The notes beneath the pieces are model-generated. The model was not told where the DNA came from and did not search any database. It saw nothing but the letters and a program-made list of their open reading frames with translations. Both the position numbers and the translations under genes were made by a program. Of a stretch of 61,647 bases of DNA, positions 60,384 through 61,647 are shown one piece after another (the stretch's first letter is position 1; every line of letters starts with the position of its first letter). Where the stretch lies: the sequence record SRR16203515_2173; one strand, given 5' to 3'.

Positions 60384-61647
60384 TTAGTCCTCTTCGACTT
60401 CTTCGGTTGCGTCGTCTGCAACCAATTCCTCTGGATCAACCCAACCCAACATAACACGTGCGGTCATGATCAAATCCTGTGCTTCTTCTAATGAAACGTC
60501 GAATTCTTCCAGTAGGCCTGTGTCTTTTACACGCTCACCGTCGACTGTCGTCCAGCCACCTGCCAGCTCCCAGTCGGCGCATGTTGCGAAATCTTCTAGG
60601 TTTAGCACACCATCTTCTGCCAATACTTGTAGCATCTGTGGTGTCAGACCTTCGAAGTTAATCAGGCTGTCTTCAACACCAAGTTCTTGTGCGCGCTCCA
60701 TTGCGGCACGTGCTTGCGCTTCTAGGAATTCGCGTGCGCGCGTTTGCAGCTCGTCCGCAGTTGCCTCATCAACACCGTCGATGACAAGGAGTTCATCGAT
60801 CTCGACATAGGCAACTTCTTCCAGATTAGTAAAGCCCTCTGCAACCAACAACTGTGCAAAGAATTCGTCAACGTCCAAGGTTTCCATGAACAGATTTGTG
60901 CGTTCTTCGAATTCTTTCTGACGGCGTGCTGATTCTTCGGCCTCGGTCATGATGTCGATATCAAGCGCTGTTAGCTGGCTTGCAAGACGCACGTTTTGAC
61001 CGCGGCGACCAATTGCAAGGGATAGCTGCTCTTCTGGAACCACAACTTCGATTTTGCCTGCTTCTTCATCCAAAACAACTTTTGAAACTTCTGCAGGTTG
61101 CAATGCATTGACCAAGAATGTTGGTTGATCTTCGTTCCATGGGATGATATCGATTTTTTCGCCCTGAAGTTCATTTACAACGGCCTGAACACGGCTGCCG
61201 CGCATACCGACACATGCACCAACTGGATCAATTGAATGGTCGTTCGTGTAAACCGCGATTTTTGCACGTGAACCAGGATCGCGTGCGACAGATTTGATTT
61301 CAATGATGCCTTCGTAAATTTCAGGCACTTCCATTTTGAACAATTCCGCCATGAATTCTGGCGCTGTACGCGAAAGGAAAATTTGTGGACCACGCACTTC
61401 ACGACGTACTTCTTTGATGAAGCAGCGTACGCGGTCATTCGGGCGGTAACTTTCACGACCGATTTTCTCATTGCGGCGCAGGACGGCTTCGCCGCGGCCC
61501 ACGTCAACGATGACGTTGCCGTATTCTTCGCGCTTAACAACACCATTGATGATTGTGCCCGCACGATCTTTAAATTCTTCGTACTGGCGATCACGTTCGG
61601 CTTCACGTACCTTTTGAAGGATAACTTGTTTTGCAGATTGGGCTGCG
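60384..61647 (-). CDS. nusA: Transcription termination factor NusA (5'-partial)
   Basis: S1/KH motifs ARDPGSRAK, DPVGACVG, AIGRRGQNVRLA and acidic C-terminal repeats. The frame runs off the window end. Confidence 0.98.
   Translation of the reverse strand, partial: AAQSAKQVILQKVREAERDRQYEEFKDRAGTIINGVVKREEYGNVIVDVGRGEAVLRRNEKIGRESYRPNDRVRCFIKEVRREVRGPQIFLSRTAPEFMAELFKMEVPEIYEGIIEIKSVARDPGSRAKIAVYTNDHSIDPVGACVGMRGSRVQAVVNELQGEKIDIIPWNEDQPTFLVNALQPAEVSKVVLDEEAGKIEVVVPEEQLSLAIGRRGQNVRLASQLTALDIDIMTEAEESARRQKEFEERTNLFMETLDVDEFFAQLLVAEGFTNLEEVAYVEIDELLVIDGVDEATADELQTRAREFLEAQARAAMERAQELGVEDSLINFEGLTPQMLQVLAEDGVLNLEDFATCADWELAGGWTTVDGERVKDTGLLEEFDVSLEEAQDLIMTARVMLGWVDPEELVADDATEEVEED

Overview
Core-chromosome segment of a marine Rhodobacteraceae/Roseobacter-type alphaproteobacterium (roughly 50% GC by eye; taxon inferred from gene order and protein sequences). 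It runs from the 3' part of gltB to the 3' part of nusA. In between lie mtgA-fzlA-queG, a lone hydantoinase/oxoprolinase-family gene, a ROK kinase-nagA pair, serA/serC/serB with a serC leader RNA, msrBA, a large polyamine cluster (two ABC transporters, GntR, class III aminotransferase, FAD oxidase), HDAC-xseB-ispA-dxs, a thiolase, dnaKJ, cysQ, ptsN-hpf-lptBAC-rnd, a five-gene SDR/MaoC/phosphatase/APH-kinase/thioesterase module, hemH, comF-grxC-nitrilase-MarR, nhaA, secA, PPIase-argJ-mutT and infB-ylxR-nusA. I saw no tRNA, rRNA, CRISPR array, IS element or prophage. The most notable signals are: (i) several short decayed gene stubs in the spacers (KpsM-like permease, NodH-like sulfotransferase C-terminus, hybrid histidine kinase N-terminus, a stub next to a CtrA box), suggesting ongoing gene loss; (ii) a collapsed surface-polysaccharide locus, with no kdsD between rnd and lptC although lptCAB is retained; (iii) an ACAD10/LvaA-like kinase module with no acyl-CoA dehydrogenase; (iv) a shared palindromic operator in the polyamine cluster. 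All homology and synteny statements come from recall and motif reading, not from searches.
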